Notes under the pieces: generated by a model
Seen by the model: only the letters and a program-made list of their open reading frames with translations
Database searches by the model: none
Told to the model about the DNA's origin: nothing
Made by a program: the position numbers and the translations under genes
From: Candidatus Saccharimonadota bacterium
GTDB lineage: Bacteria; Patescibacteriota; Saccharimonadia; Saccharimonadales; AWTP1-31
Reading direction: 5' to 3'
NCBI GenBank assembly: GCA_052034955.1
Contig: JBPOHZ010000003.1
Coordinates: 659-64,658, forward strand
DNA: 64,000 bases
Shown: in pieces, positions 55,075 through 63,699 of the stretch
Layout of the letters: each line of letters begins with the position of its first letter
Numbering within the stretch: the stretch's first letter is position 1

Positions 55075-55131
55075 TAATCTTGGAAGTCCGCTTCCCTAGT
55101 AATCCACTTCTGGACAGTCTATTCTGACTTT

Positions 55132-55845
55132 ATGACTCACGAAGTAAATATCCACAACGCCCAGATCAGTATATTAAGAGATCTATTGTTTATGCCATCG
55201 GCTAGCTTTAGTGAATTACAAAAGAAAAGTCAGCTAGAATCTGATCACTTCAAATTTCACCTGAACAAGTTAGTAGAGCTTGGCTATGTGGTAAAAACCA
55301 GCTATGGCAAGTACAGCCTTACTCCCAAAGGTAAAGAGCACGCCAATAAGCTAGATACCGATACCAATACTATCGAGCGGCAGCCCAAAATTAGCGTGGC
55401 ATTAATACTTGAGCGCCAAAACGACCAAGGACAAACAGAATACTTAGCTCAGCAACGCCTAAAGAATCCCTACTTTGGTTTTTGGGGACGACTTGGTGGC
55501 AAGGTAAGGTGGGGCGAATCTTTGGCCGAAGCGGCCGCTAGAGAATTAGAAGAAGAAACTGGATTAATCGGCGAGTTCGAATTCAAGATGTTATTTCATA
55601 AGCGTGATTATGATAAAACTACCAAAGAGCTTCTAGAAGACAAGATGTTCATGATAATGAAGGCCAAATCTTTTAAAGGGGAGCTGATTGAAAGTTTCGA
55701 AGGTGGCTTTAACAAATGGATGACCCAAGAAGAATTTATGAAACAAGAAAAATCATTCGAGTCGGCCTTCCAGTTTATTGAGTTACTAGAACAAGGGGTG
55801 ACATTTATAGAGCGTGACTATTTCTACGACGACAGTGAATACTAG
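55132..55845 (+). CDS. Winged-helix (MarR/ArsR-like) domain fused to a Nudix hydrolase
   Basis: N-terminal wHTH (FSELQKKSQLESDHFKFHLNKLVELGYV). Nudix box GGKVRWGESLAEAAARELEEETGL. Confidence 0.8.
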   Translation: MTHEVNIHNAQISILRDLLFMPSASFSELQKKSQLESDHFKFHLNKLVELGYVVKTSYGKYSLTPKGKEHANKLDTDTNTIERQPKISVALILERQNDQGQTEYLAQQRLKNPYFGFWGRLGGKVRWGESLAEAAARELEEETGLIGEFEFKMLFHKRDYDKTTKELLEDKMFMIMKAKSFKGELIESFEGGFNKWMTQEEFMKQEKSFESAFQFIELLEQGVTFIERDYFYDDSEY

Positions 55846-55881
55846 TTAATATATAAAACAATATAGTGTATAATAATACAA

Positions 55882-56352
55882 ATGAAAGAGAGATATCTAA
55901 GGCCTCAAAGTAGGCATGGACTTGTTCGAGCTGCTGCCGTAGTTACGATGTTGCTGATTCCAGGTATTGCTTCTTGTAACGAAGAAGATCCAGATTGTCA
56001 GCCTTATGATGTATATGCCCAGAACCGTTGGGAATTACACCATGGTGAGGGTGATTTTGGAGCCGGTGTTTGGGACGGTCCAGGTGCTGAATATTCAAAG
56101 CATGAACAGGGAATTGCACCTAACGAAGCCGTAGAGGTTGATGGTTGGTTCTATACCCCACCACTTTATCCAGATAATCCAGAAGGCTTTAGGGGCGAGA
56201 TTTGGTTACGTCTGGCGGACGGAAGTGGCTGGGTAAATGATGGTGGCGTAAGAGGTGCCGAAACAACACCTGACTATGAAGGTACATCTGACGATGGCGG
56301 AAAACCGGTATATCTTGATCCTGCCTGCGAACTAAGTCGAGACCAGATTTAG
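55882..56352 (+). CDS. Putative lipoprotein
   Basis: Signal peptide with the lipobox LLIPGIASC. Length 156 aa. Confidence 0.6.
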   Translation: MKERYLRPQSRHGLVRAAAVVTMLLIPGIASCNEEDPDCQPYDVYAQNRWELHHGEGDFGAGVWDGPGAEYSKHEQGIAPNEAVEVDGWFYTPPLYPDNPEGFRGEIWLRLADGSGWVNDGGVRGAETTPDYEGTSDDGGKPVYLDPACELSRDQI

Positions 56353-56353
56353 A

Positions 56354-57136
56354 TTATTTAGCAAGTCGAATACTTAAGCCAATGCCACCGAACTGTTTGG
56401 CTACAAACGCCGGTTGTCCGGGCAGACTTAGTTCGGCGCTATATTCATAATTCAGAAGATCAAAATCATTCATGCCATTTACGGTATCTGTCCGAGTCGT
56501 GATTAACCAACGGGCAAACGCTCCTCTGGCTATTTTGGAATGCACAGTTACGAACGTGGGTTTGCCAGTTTTAGGATTCATTGTAAAGAACTGAGGTGTA
56601 ATTACTCGATCTTGATCGACATATGGCAAAACAGTTTTGCTATATTCAACCGAGCTTAGGTTGGCAATTATGCCAGATTCTGGAATCTGATTGGCAATAT
56701 TCGTGCCCCAAAATTTATACATATTGTCATATGGACTATCAGGGAATTTATACATCATTTCTAAGCGGTAGGGCATTATTGAGTCCAGCGGTTTGATTAC
56801 TCCGTAAAGTCCAGACAGTATGTAAAGCGATTTACTGGCGTACTGTCTATCGCTTTTAGTTAGGCTGGGAGCCTGCAGCCCACTGTAAATATCGCCAATA
56901 AAACTATCTATGGCTACCGATTGATGTTCCGGTTTTGAATCCCAATTAGTAAAAAGCTCCTTGGTTTTAGTAGCCATAGCTCCGGAGATCTTCATGGAAT
57001 CTGCAAATTGTTCTGTCGGAAGCTCTGCTAGGTAGCTAGCAATCTTGCCGGCCTCATCTAGAAGTACTGGTTTTTGATATGGGGATTTGCCGGTATCTGA
57101 CCGCATTGTTTTGGAGGAGTGAAGCAAGATGATCAT
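56354..57136 (-). CDS. yaaA: Peroxide stress protein YaaA (DUF328/UPF0246)
   Basis: The N-terminal MIILLHSSKTM pattern, SGLYG and the 260-aa length are typical of YaaA. Confidence 0.85.
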   Translation of the reverse strand: MIILLHSSKTMRSDTGKSPYQKPVLLDEAGKIASYLAELPTEQFADSMKISGAMATKTKELFTNWDSKPEHQSVAIDSFIGDIYSGLQAPSLTKSDRQYASKSLYILSGLYGVIKPLDSIMPYRLEMMYKFPDSPYDNMYKFWGTNIANQIPESGIIANLSSVEYSKTVLPYVDQDRVITPQFFTMNPKTGKPTFVTVHSKIARGAFARWLITTRTDTVNGMNDFDLLNYEYSAELSLPGQPAFVAKQFGGIGLSIRLAK

Positions 57137-57169
57137 GGCAACAGTATAACAGCGCTATAAATCCAATGA

Positions 57170-58075
57170 ATGTATACTAAGGCCATGGAACTAGTAAATA
57201 AGGCATTCGTTTTGGTGCTGTTTAACCCAAAAAGTACAGGTGCTAGTGAGCGTAATGCTAAACGGTTTGCTAAACGACTTCAGAAAGCTGGCTTTGCTAC
57301 CAACGTAAAGCTAATGCCTACCGAGTATGCCGGACATGCCGAAGAATTGGTTGTTGAACTTGCTAGAAAGCACGATACTTTACTTGTAATTTCTTCCAGC
57401 GGAGACGGTGGATACCACGAGGTGATTAACGGCGCCCTGAAGGCCAACGAGGATGGCGGACATGTAGTTACTGGTTTACTTCCATCCGGTAATGCCAACG
57501 ACCATTACAAGGCTCTGCATAAGCCATATGTCCTAAAGCGCATCAAGACTGGCCAAACAAGAAAGATCGATGCCTTAAAAATCTCGGGCACATGCAATGG
57601 CATGCCTTGGGAAAGGTATGCCCACAGTTATATTGGTTTTGGGATGTCGTCCGAAATTGGCAAAGTACTTAACGAGAATGATCTTAATCCTGCAAAAGAA
57701 ATTTTTATAAGTGTTAAGGCGTTCGTAAAGTTTCAGTCCTTTAAGGCTAAAGTAGATGGCAAGAATCAGCAGTTTCAAAGTATCTTGGTTAGTAACGTGG
57801 GTCGGATGTCTAAGTTCTTTGCATTATCCAGAAAAGCTAAGGTTGATGATGGGCTTTTCGAAATAATAACTGCCGAGGACAACAAGGCTAAGTTGGTTGC
57901 TACTTTAGCCAAATCGGCCACGGTTGGTGTGCCTCACGAATCCCAGACCAGATCTTTTACTTTCGAAACAGTCGATGAATTGCCGGTTCAGCTAGACGGA
58001 GAGGTTTGTCGTCTGGATGCCGGTACAAAAGTCCGAATTACAATTGCTAGACACGCGCTAGAGTGCATTATATAG
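57170..58075 (+). CDS. Diacylglycerol/lipid kinase family protein (YegS/BmrU-like)
   Basis: A DAGK catalytic domain with LVISSSGDGGYHEVINGAL and LPSGNANDH. Length 301 aa. Confidence 0.8.
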   Translation: MYTKAMELVNKAFVLVLFNPKSTGASERNAKRFAKRLQKAGFATNVKLMPTEYAGHAEELVVELARKHDTLLVISSSGDGGYHEVINGALKANEDGGHVVTGLLPSGNANDHYKALHKPYVLKRIKTGQTRKIDALKISGTCNGMPWERYAHSYIGFGMSSEIGKVLNENDLNPAKEIFISVKAFVKFQSFKAKVDGKNQQFQSILVSNVGRMSKFFALSRKAKVDDGLFEIITAEDNKAKLVATLAKSATVGVPHESQTRSFTFETVDELPVQLDGEVCRLDAGTKVRITIARHALECII

Positions 58076-58082
58076 TATCAAA

Positions 58083-58346
58083 ATGACAAACAATGGAAGT
58101 CCGGAATACTCTGGCAATCAGCCACCGACATCTGACCCGCAACTACAATCACTGGATATGTTAGCGGCCGCAATCTGGACGCTACCGGTTGCCAAAGATC
58201 AAGATGCCTGGTTGGCGCCTGGTGAGTTACCTCCTCCCGGCGACAATGCAATTCCTGTCGACATGCCAGCACCACAGCCGACCCCCAGACTGCAACCTAT
58301 GGAAATTGAGTTTCTAGACGAAGCGCAGCGCCAAGGCCTCATATAA
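58083..58346 (+). CDS. Hypothetical Pro-rich small protein
   Basis: An 87-aa ORF 7 nt after the previous stop. No motif recognised. Confidence 0.4.
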   Translation: MTNNGSPEYSGNQPPTSDPQLQSLDMLAAAIWTLPVAKDQDAWLAPGELPPPGDNAIPVDMPAPQPTPRLQPMEIEFLDEAQRQGLI

Positions 58347-58383
58347 TTTGATATGTCTAATCAGTCTAGTTACAATTAGATAA

Positions 58384-58497
58384 ATGCTTAAGCTAAAAGA
58401 TAATCAACAGGGGCTCATCCCACTCATGTTAACTGTTTTTGCCGTCGTTCTGGGGGTGATTATTTTAGTTTTTATCCGCGTCTCGGCCAATAACTAA
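58384..58497 (+). CDS. 37-aa single-TM peptide (below the ORF-track cutoff)
   Basis: MLKLKDNQQGLIPLMLTVFAVVLGVIILVFIRVSANN. TACAAT (58371-58376) ends 7 nt upstream of the ATG. Confidence 0.4.
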   Translation: MLKLKDNQQGLIPLMLTVFAVVLGVIILVFIRVSANN

Positions 58498-58520
58498 TTC
58501 GTCTGTTATAATACTCAGCT

Positions 58521-59534
58521 ATGGAATGGGACAACGAAATTGATCTAGATAAACGTAAATTTACTTCACGACTTGTAGTGGAGCGTTGCATTGCTCGTGG
58601 TTGGAGAATAGCTGGTTTCAAAACAAACCCAGCTATCTTTCTTATTCATGTGCCCGGCAGAGAAAAGCCGGTAAAAGTTTTCAGTGCATCACCTCCTCAG
58701 ATGCCGTATCCTTCGAGTAAAATTGCCAAGGATAAATACATAACAAACAGAATTCTAGAGACAGAAGGTATACCTGTACCAAAAGATTTGTTACTAATCA
58801 GTAGCGAGAGCATAGAGGACTCTGTATTAGAAGCTTTCTTAGAAGAAAATAAAAAGGTAGTCGTCAAGCCATTGGATGCATCCCACGGTAAGGGTATAAC
58901 AATTGATATTACCGATATGGCCAGACTTAAATTTGCCATTAAGCAAGCTCGACCAGAAGCAATTGGCGGTACGGTATTAGTGCAGCAGCAAGTTGAAGGC
59001 ATTGATATTCGAGTTGTCTGTATTAATTATGAATTTGTTGATGCTATATCTCGAATTCCGGCATCCATTACCGGGGATGGTCGGCACAATATCAAAGAAT
59101 TGATAGAAATCGAGAATCAGAGTGATGAACGAGGTGAAAACTATGTTGCCAAGCTCAATGTCATACCAGTAGATAAAGTTGCCGACTACCTCGGCGAAGA
59201 GGCGATGAGCAGAGTTCCCGAGGCTGATGAGACAGTCCAGGTAATTGGTGTATCAAATATTGGAATGGGTGGAGTTCGATACAACATCAAACAAGACATT
59301 CCGGAATTCCTTAAAGAGATTGCAATAAAGTCGGCCAAGGAATTGGAGCTCCCAGTTTGTGGCGTAGACTTTATGGTCAAGCATTTACCAAAAACAACAG
59401 ACACATTTGAAGACCTACAGCCTAGCATTATTGAAGTTAATGAGTGTCCAATGTTGACGCTATATGACGACCTACATTCACCAGAACAGAGTGCGGTCAT
59501 CGACCGATACCTAGACTTTGTAGCTCAATATTGA
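58521..59534 (+). CDS. Stand-alone ATP-grasp ligase resembling the N-terminal/ATP-grasp part of cyanophycin synthetase
   Basis: IAKDKYITNRILETEGIPVP, VVKPLDASHGKGI, RIPASITGDGRHNIKELIEIENQSDERG, NIGMGG and CGVDFMV...IIEVNECP align with CphA-like motif spacing. The Mur-ligase-like C-terminal half is absent. Confidence 0.8.
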   Translation: MEWDNEIDLDKRKFTSRLVVERCIARGWRIAGFKTNPAIFLIHVPGREKPVKVFSASPPQMPYPSSKIAKDKYITNRILETEGIPVPKDLLLISSESIEDSVLEAFLEENKKVVVKPLDASHGKGITIDITDMARLKFAIKQARPEAIGGTVLVQQQVEGIDIRVVCINYEFVDAISRIPASITGDGRHNIKELIEIENQSDERGENYVAKLNVIPVDKVADYLGEEAMSRVPEADETVQVIGVSNIGMGGVRYNIKQDIPEFLKEIAIKSAKELELPVCGVDFMVKHLPKTTDTFEDLQPSIIEVNECPMLTLYDDLHSPEQSAVIDRYLDFVAQY

Positions 59535-59575
59535 CAACTTTACAGAAAAATGCTATTTTAAGGTACAAATCTAAA

Positions 59576-59606
59576 ATACAATTTCGGTAACCGGAATTGT
59601 ATTTTT
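59576..59606 (+). terminator. Rho-independent terminator between the two ATP-grasp genes
   Basis: ATACAATTTCGG-TAA-CCGGAATTGTAT (12 bp, one G-U pair) is followed by TTTT. Confidence 0.8.
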
Positions 59607-59631
59607 ATTAATAATGAGGTTTTATTAGAAC

Positions 59632-60948
59632 ATGACAGCATTTGACGAAGCACAAGAACGCGACATGATCCTTATGGTAGGATCGTATTTACAGTCCTCT
59701 AAAGACGCCATAGCTAAACTCAGTAAAACCTTGGGACGCACCATTACCCCGCTTATTCTTTTAGACGTTACCGATCCTCAGGCCCGTAAGGATCTTGCCC
59801 CAGACACCAAGGCAGTAGTGATTGATGGTGACTTTTCATCTCATGTTGCGTTGCAAAAAGTTCTTAAGCCCTACAAGCACCGCTTCTTAGCTGTTACGTG
59901 TCGTGCAGAGCGTAACGTACCTATGCTTAAGAAGGTCGTCCCGCATGTTCCATATATGAATACTCCTACCGAGTTATCACTAGAATGGACTACCGATAAA
60001 ATCCGCATGCGTCAGCTGCTTCGTAGTTATGATAAGGAGATTTCTCCTAAGTTCTTGGTCGCTCATGATGCATCTAGTGAAACGCTAGACAAAATCGAGA
60101 AGCAAGTTGGTTTCCCGTTGATCATTAAGCCTGCCGGACTAGCTGCTAGCCTGCTGGTTACACTTTGTTACCACCGCGAAGAACTAGAAGCTAACCTAAA
60201 GAACACTGTCCGCAAGATTGATCAAATCTACAAGAAAAAGAAGGGTCGTGGAGAGCCGCAAATCTTGGTCGAAGAGTTTATGGAAGGCGCCATGTTCTCT
60301 ATCGACAGTTATGTGAATCAGCGAGGTGTTATTTATCACACGCCTTTAGTTCACGTTAAGACTGGACGGTCTGTCGGTTTCGAAGATTTCTTTGGATACA
60401 TCCGAATCACTCCGGTTATTCTTAAACCTCACAAGATCGAAGCTGCACGTAAGGTTGCCGAAAGCGCTATTGAAGCGCTTGGTCTGCGCAGCACTACCTG
60501 CCACATAGAACTAATGAAGACAGAAGATGGTTGGAAGGTTATCGAGCTTGGTCCACGTATTGGTGGTTTTAGGCATGAGATGTATGAACTGTCATACGGA
60601 ATGGATCATTCACTCAACGATATCCTAATCCGTATCCCTAAAAAGCCTATACTTACCAAAAAGGTCAAAGGCAGCACGGCTGTTTTGCAGTTCTACTCTT
60701 ACCAAAAGGGTCGCCTACAGTCACTAGAGGGTGTAAACAAAGTTCGCAAGCTAGAATCTTTTTCGCGAATCGACATTAAGAAGAGGATCGGTGATATGTG
60801 TGACTTCGCTAGCAACGGTGATGACCCAGTCTTTACTATTGTCCTTTTCAACCCAAATCGATCTAGACTACTAGCGGATATCCGCCGACTCGAAAAATCA
60901 GTACAGATCAAGGTTTCACGACCAAACCGCAAGATAACTGCTTCTTAG
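59632..60948 (+). CDS. ATP-grasp domain protein (L-amino-acid-ligase / carboxylate-amine-ligase-like)
   Basis: FPLIIKPAGLAAS, ILVEEFMEGAMFSIDSYV and CHIELMKTEDGWKVIELGPRIGG are typical of ATP-grasp_4-type ligases. Confidence 0.8.
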   Translation: MTAFDEAQERDMILMVGSYLQSSKDAIAKLSKTLGRTITPLILLDVTDPQARKDLAPDTKAVVIDGDFSSHVALQKVLKPYKHRFLAVTCRAERNVPMLKKVVPHVPYMNTPTELSLEWTTDKIRMRQLLRSYDKEISPKFLVAHDASSETLDKIEKQVGFPLIIKPAGLAASLLVTLCYHREELEANLKNTVRKIDQIYKKKKGRGEPQILVEEFMEGAMFSIDSYVNQRGVIYHTPLVHVKTGRSVGFEDFFGYIRITPVILKPHKIEAARKVAESAIEALGLRSTTCHIELMKTEDGWKVIELGPRIGGFRHEMYELSYGMDHSLNDILIRIPKKPILTKKVKGSTAVLQFYSYQKGRLQSLEGVNKVRKLESFSRIDIKKRIGDMCDFASNGDDPVFTIVLFNPNRSRLLADIRRLEKSVQIKVSRPNRKITAS

Positions 60949-60979
60949 TTAGCAACTCGGTACATGCTAATATAGGGAT

Positions 60980-61474
60980 ATGAATCCGCTTATTGTTATT
61001 GGTCTTATTGTTGCAGTCCCTGCGATTCTAATTACTTTAGTTGGCGCCAATGCCGGCATGGTCTTTTTGTCTTTGTGCGTAGGAAGCTTGTTGAGCTCAT
61101 TTGTGGGCGACGCGGCGTTAGATATGGTCCAAACTCTGGTTAGTGGGTACAACCCCACTACTCAGGCCTTTGTGCAACTAGGTTTGCTGCTTTTGCCGGT
61201 ACTTTTAACACTTTTATTCCTTGGAAGGTCGGTGTTTGGTAGCTCAAAATTAATGAACCTATTTCCTGCTATTTTAACCGGCATCATGATCTTGTTCCTG
61301 GCAGTTCCACTTTTGCCAGAAGGTACTCGTTACGGTATTTATGGAACTCAGGTTTGGCAAGAAATAATAAAGTATCAAGCTCTATTCATCGGCGCTGTCT
61401 GTCTATTTAGTCTAGGGCAGCTGTGGTCTAACGGCCGTCCCGCCAAGGACAAGAAGAGTAAGCACAAAAGATAA
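60980..61474 (+). CDS. Membrane protein (4-5 TM), unknown function
   Basis: An extended -10 TGCTAATAT ends 6 nt upstream of the ATG. The 164-aa protein is hydrophobic with a basic tail. Confidence 0.55.
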   Translation: MNPLIVIGLIVAVPAILITLVGANAGMVFLSLCVGSLLSSFVGDAALDMVQTLVSGYNPTTQAFVQLGLLLLPVLLTLLFLGRSVFGSSKLMNLFPAILTGIMILFLAVPLLPEGTRYGIYGTQVWQEIIKYQALFIGAVCLFSLGQLWSNGRPAKDKKSKHKR

Positions 61475-61483
61475 GAGCACTTC

Positions 61484-61984
61484 TTAGGACTTAAGGTCGA
61501 AGCAAGCTATAGCTTCGGAGTTCTCGCTATCGCCATCTTTTAGTAACCAGACTCGATCGATGTTGTATGTACGGTTGCCATACACATCCAGATTAACGAC
61601 TTGTTTGCCATTGTACTCGGAGGTTACGTGCGGGTAGTAGCCGTCTTCACGTTCTGGAAAGCGTGATTCAAGCCCTTTGCCAAGAGCATCAATAAATTCT
61701 TTATGAAAACTAATTAAATCTTTAGTGGGTGTGACTTCTAGCACCTTTACCGGCATCCTGTCAGTTTTTACCTCGTCCTCAACAACCACTTTGATGGGCG
61801 AATGGTTATTGCAGAAATCTTCGATAAGCTTTAGTAGCTCTGGTTCTTCCATGTCTTCTACGCTAAAGCGTCTTTTAAGGGCAATTTGCGGATACCAACC
61901 ATTCTTGCCGCTATATACGGTTTCGCCAAGCTCCGGTTCTTTATCTAAAAATCCAACTAACTGATAGGGAAATGCTTTACTCAT
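61484..61984 (-). CDS. Hypothetical protein (possible degenerate 2H-phosphoesterase fold)
   Basis: It has one HxT/S motif (YPHVTSEY). The expected first motif reads PQIAL. The assignment is weak. Confidence 0.5.
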   Translation of the reverse strand: MSKAFPYQLVGFLDKEPELGETVYSGKNGWYPQIALKRRFSVEDMEEPELLKLIEDFCNNHSPIKVVVEDEVKTDRMPVKVLEVTPTKDLISFHKEFIDALGKGLESRFPEREDGYYPHVTSEYNGKQVVNLDVYGNRTYNIDRVWLLKDGDSENSEAIACFDLKS

Positions 61985-61993
61985 TTATATACT

Positions 61994-62449
61994 TTAACAC
62001 CAAGTTTGTTGGATGCTTAGATCAATTAGTTCGGTAATGCTCGATATCGTGTGATCTGGCAGTTCGTGTAGGTATTGAGGTGTTTGGTCGGCAAAGCGAC
62101 CACTTGCAATCCAAACGGTAGTTGCGCCTATTCTGTTTCCAATTGCAATCTCGGACCTTACTCGATCTCCAACCACGACTGTATCTATTGGGTCCTCGGT
62201 ATGTACGAACTGCAATAAATCTTCTTCGGATTTAGATCCTCTTATAAAACCGATCTCTCGAAAGAACGAAGCTACTTTTAGGCCTTCAACTTCGCCAGGC
62301 ATATCGCCTACTTCATCCTTGCCTAAAAGGTACAAGTCGGTTTCTTGGCCATCAAAATATTCCAGGACGTTCATTGCCCCAGCGATTAGTTCTCGGGATT
62401 GTCCGTCGTAGAGCGTACCCTTCCAGTCAAAGATAAAGTTCTTGGCCAT
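61994..62449 (-). CDS. HAD-superfamily hydrolase-like protein (short)
   Basis: Motif I-like FIFDWKGTL (the second Asp is replaced by Lys). Motif IV-like VVVGDRVRSEI. Confidence 0.7.
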   Translation of the reverse strand: MAKNFIFDWKGTLYDGQSRELIAGAMNVLEYFDGQETDLYLLGKDEVGDMPGEVEGLKVASFFREIGFIRGSKSEEDLLQFVHTEDPIDTVVVGDRVRSEIAIGNRIGATTVWIASGRFADQTPQYLHELPDHTISSITELIDLSIQQTWC

Positions 62450-62464
62450 TGCAGAAAGTATATA

Positions 62465-63637
62465 CTACTCGGCCAGGGCCGGTTTATCGGCCTGTGGAAT
62501 GCGTAGCCCCAAAGCAAGCCAGATAACTAGCATCATCACCAAGACAATAGCTGTAAAACGCATGGCAACTAAAATGCTATATTCTTTTATCATCCAACCC
62601 ATCAATAGGCTGGCAGGAATAGATAATATCCGTCCAACGGTCGACACCGCCGACAAAATCGAAGCCCTCACCGAAGATGGTGTGTTTTCTTGAATACGAG
62701 TTTCTATTTGGTTTATCAAGGCCGATGCAGCCACAACTTGAATCATGAACAATAAGATACTTAACCGGCTATCTATAAAGGTCATCAAAAAGTATGGGGC
62801 TGACGACAATACAATCAGTGTAGTAAGTCGCGATCGCAAACGGTGGGCTATAAAGCTACCAAACGAAATTCCAAAGGCAAATAGCGCCCAAAGTAGGCCG
62901 ATTGTTTCGGTCGATAAAACATAGCGCTGGAAATATATTTGTCCAAACTCTAGTTTGAATAGCTCAGCAATCGAGAGCAGGGAAATAACAACAGTAAGAA
63001 TCCTCAGTAATTTTAGCTTGAACAGCTCTAGGCTGGCATTCTTTAGCTCAGTCATGAACTTCGCACTAACTTCGTTTTTGTGGAAAGTAGGCTCGTACAT
63101 GCTTAGAATTACAGCAAGATTTATGGCGCAGGGGATGACACTCAGGAAATAGGATGAACTAAACGATATGTTGTTGGCAATAAATCCGCTAGCTATGTTG
63201 CCCAAACCGGCTCCAATAAGGAAGAGCCCGTAAGCTCGACCACTAATTTTGCTGTAGTCTTTGGAGTGTCCCTCTTCGTGGAGTGTGTCGTAAAGGATGG
63301 CGTTATAGGTTCCGCTAGTAAAAACTACGTAAAGACCATATAAAAATTCCCCAACAATATACATGGCTAATCCATTACTTGCACCCATAACAAGCGAGCT
63401 GGCCGCTAGTGCAATGGCAGACAGTGCTAGCGTGCCTTTCCGGCTCCATTTGTCTGCCAATATACCCGAAGGGAAATCCAATAGCATGATGAATGTCGTC
63501 AAAGCTGCTGTTGCGATGCCAATGCCAACAGGACTTATCCCAATATTTTGCATGAACAGTTTTTCGATACCATACCAAAAAACAATCCCGGTAAGCAGGT
63601 TACTAAGGTATATTTTGTGGATGTTAGAAATTTTCAT
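62465..63637 (-). CDS. MFS transporter
   Basis: About 12 TM helices. MFS motif A-like GILADKWSRKGTL between TM2 and TM3. Length 390 aa. Confidence 0.85.
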   Translation of the reverse strand: MKISNIHKIYLSNLLTGIVFWYGIEKLFMQNIGISPVGIGIATAALTTFIMLLDFPSGILADKWSRKGTLALSAIALAASSLVMGASNGLAMYIVGEFLYGLYVVFTSGTYNAILYDTLHEEGHSKDYSKISGRAYGLFLIGAGLGNIASGFIANNISFSSSYFLSVIPCAINLAVILSMYEPTFHKNEVSAKFMTELKNASLELFKLKLLRILTVVISLLSIAELFKLEFGQIYFQRYVLSTETIGLLWALFAFGISFGSFIAHRLRSRLTTLIVLSSAPYFLMTFIDSRLSILLFMIQVVAASALINQIETRIQENTPSSVRASILSAVSTVGRILSIPASLLMGWMIKEYSILVAMRFTAIVLVMMLVIWLALGLRIPQADKPALAE

Positions 63638-63699
63638 CTTATTAAAGCTACGTATGATTATACTTTAATAATTAAACTCAGTTATAATCAGCAATAATA

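Noticed and set aside
30527-59534. A cyanophycin metabolism locus (S51 peptidase plus CphA-like ATP-grasp).
   Set aside because: The two genes are 28 kb apart. The ligase lacks the Mur-ligase-like half needed for arginine addition. S51 peptidases also include ordinary dipeptidase E. Only the individual genes are reported.
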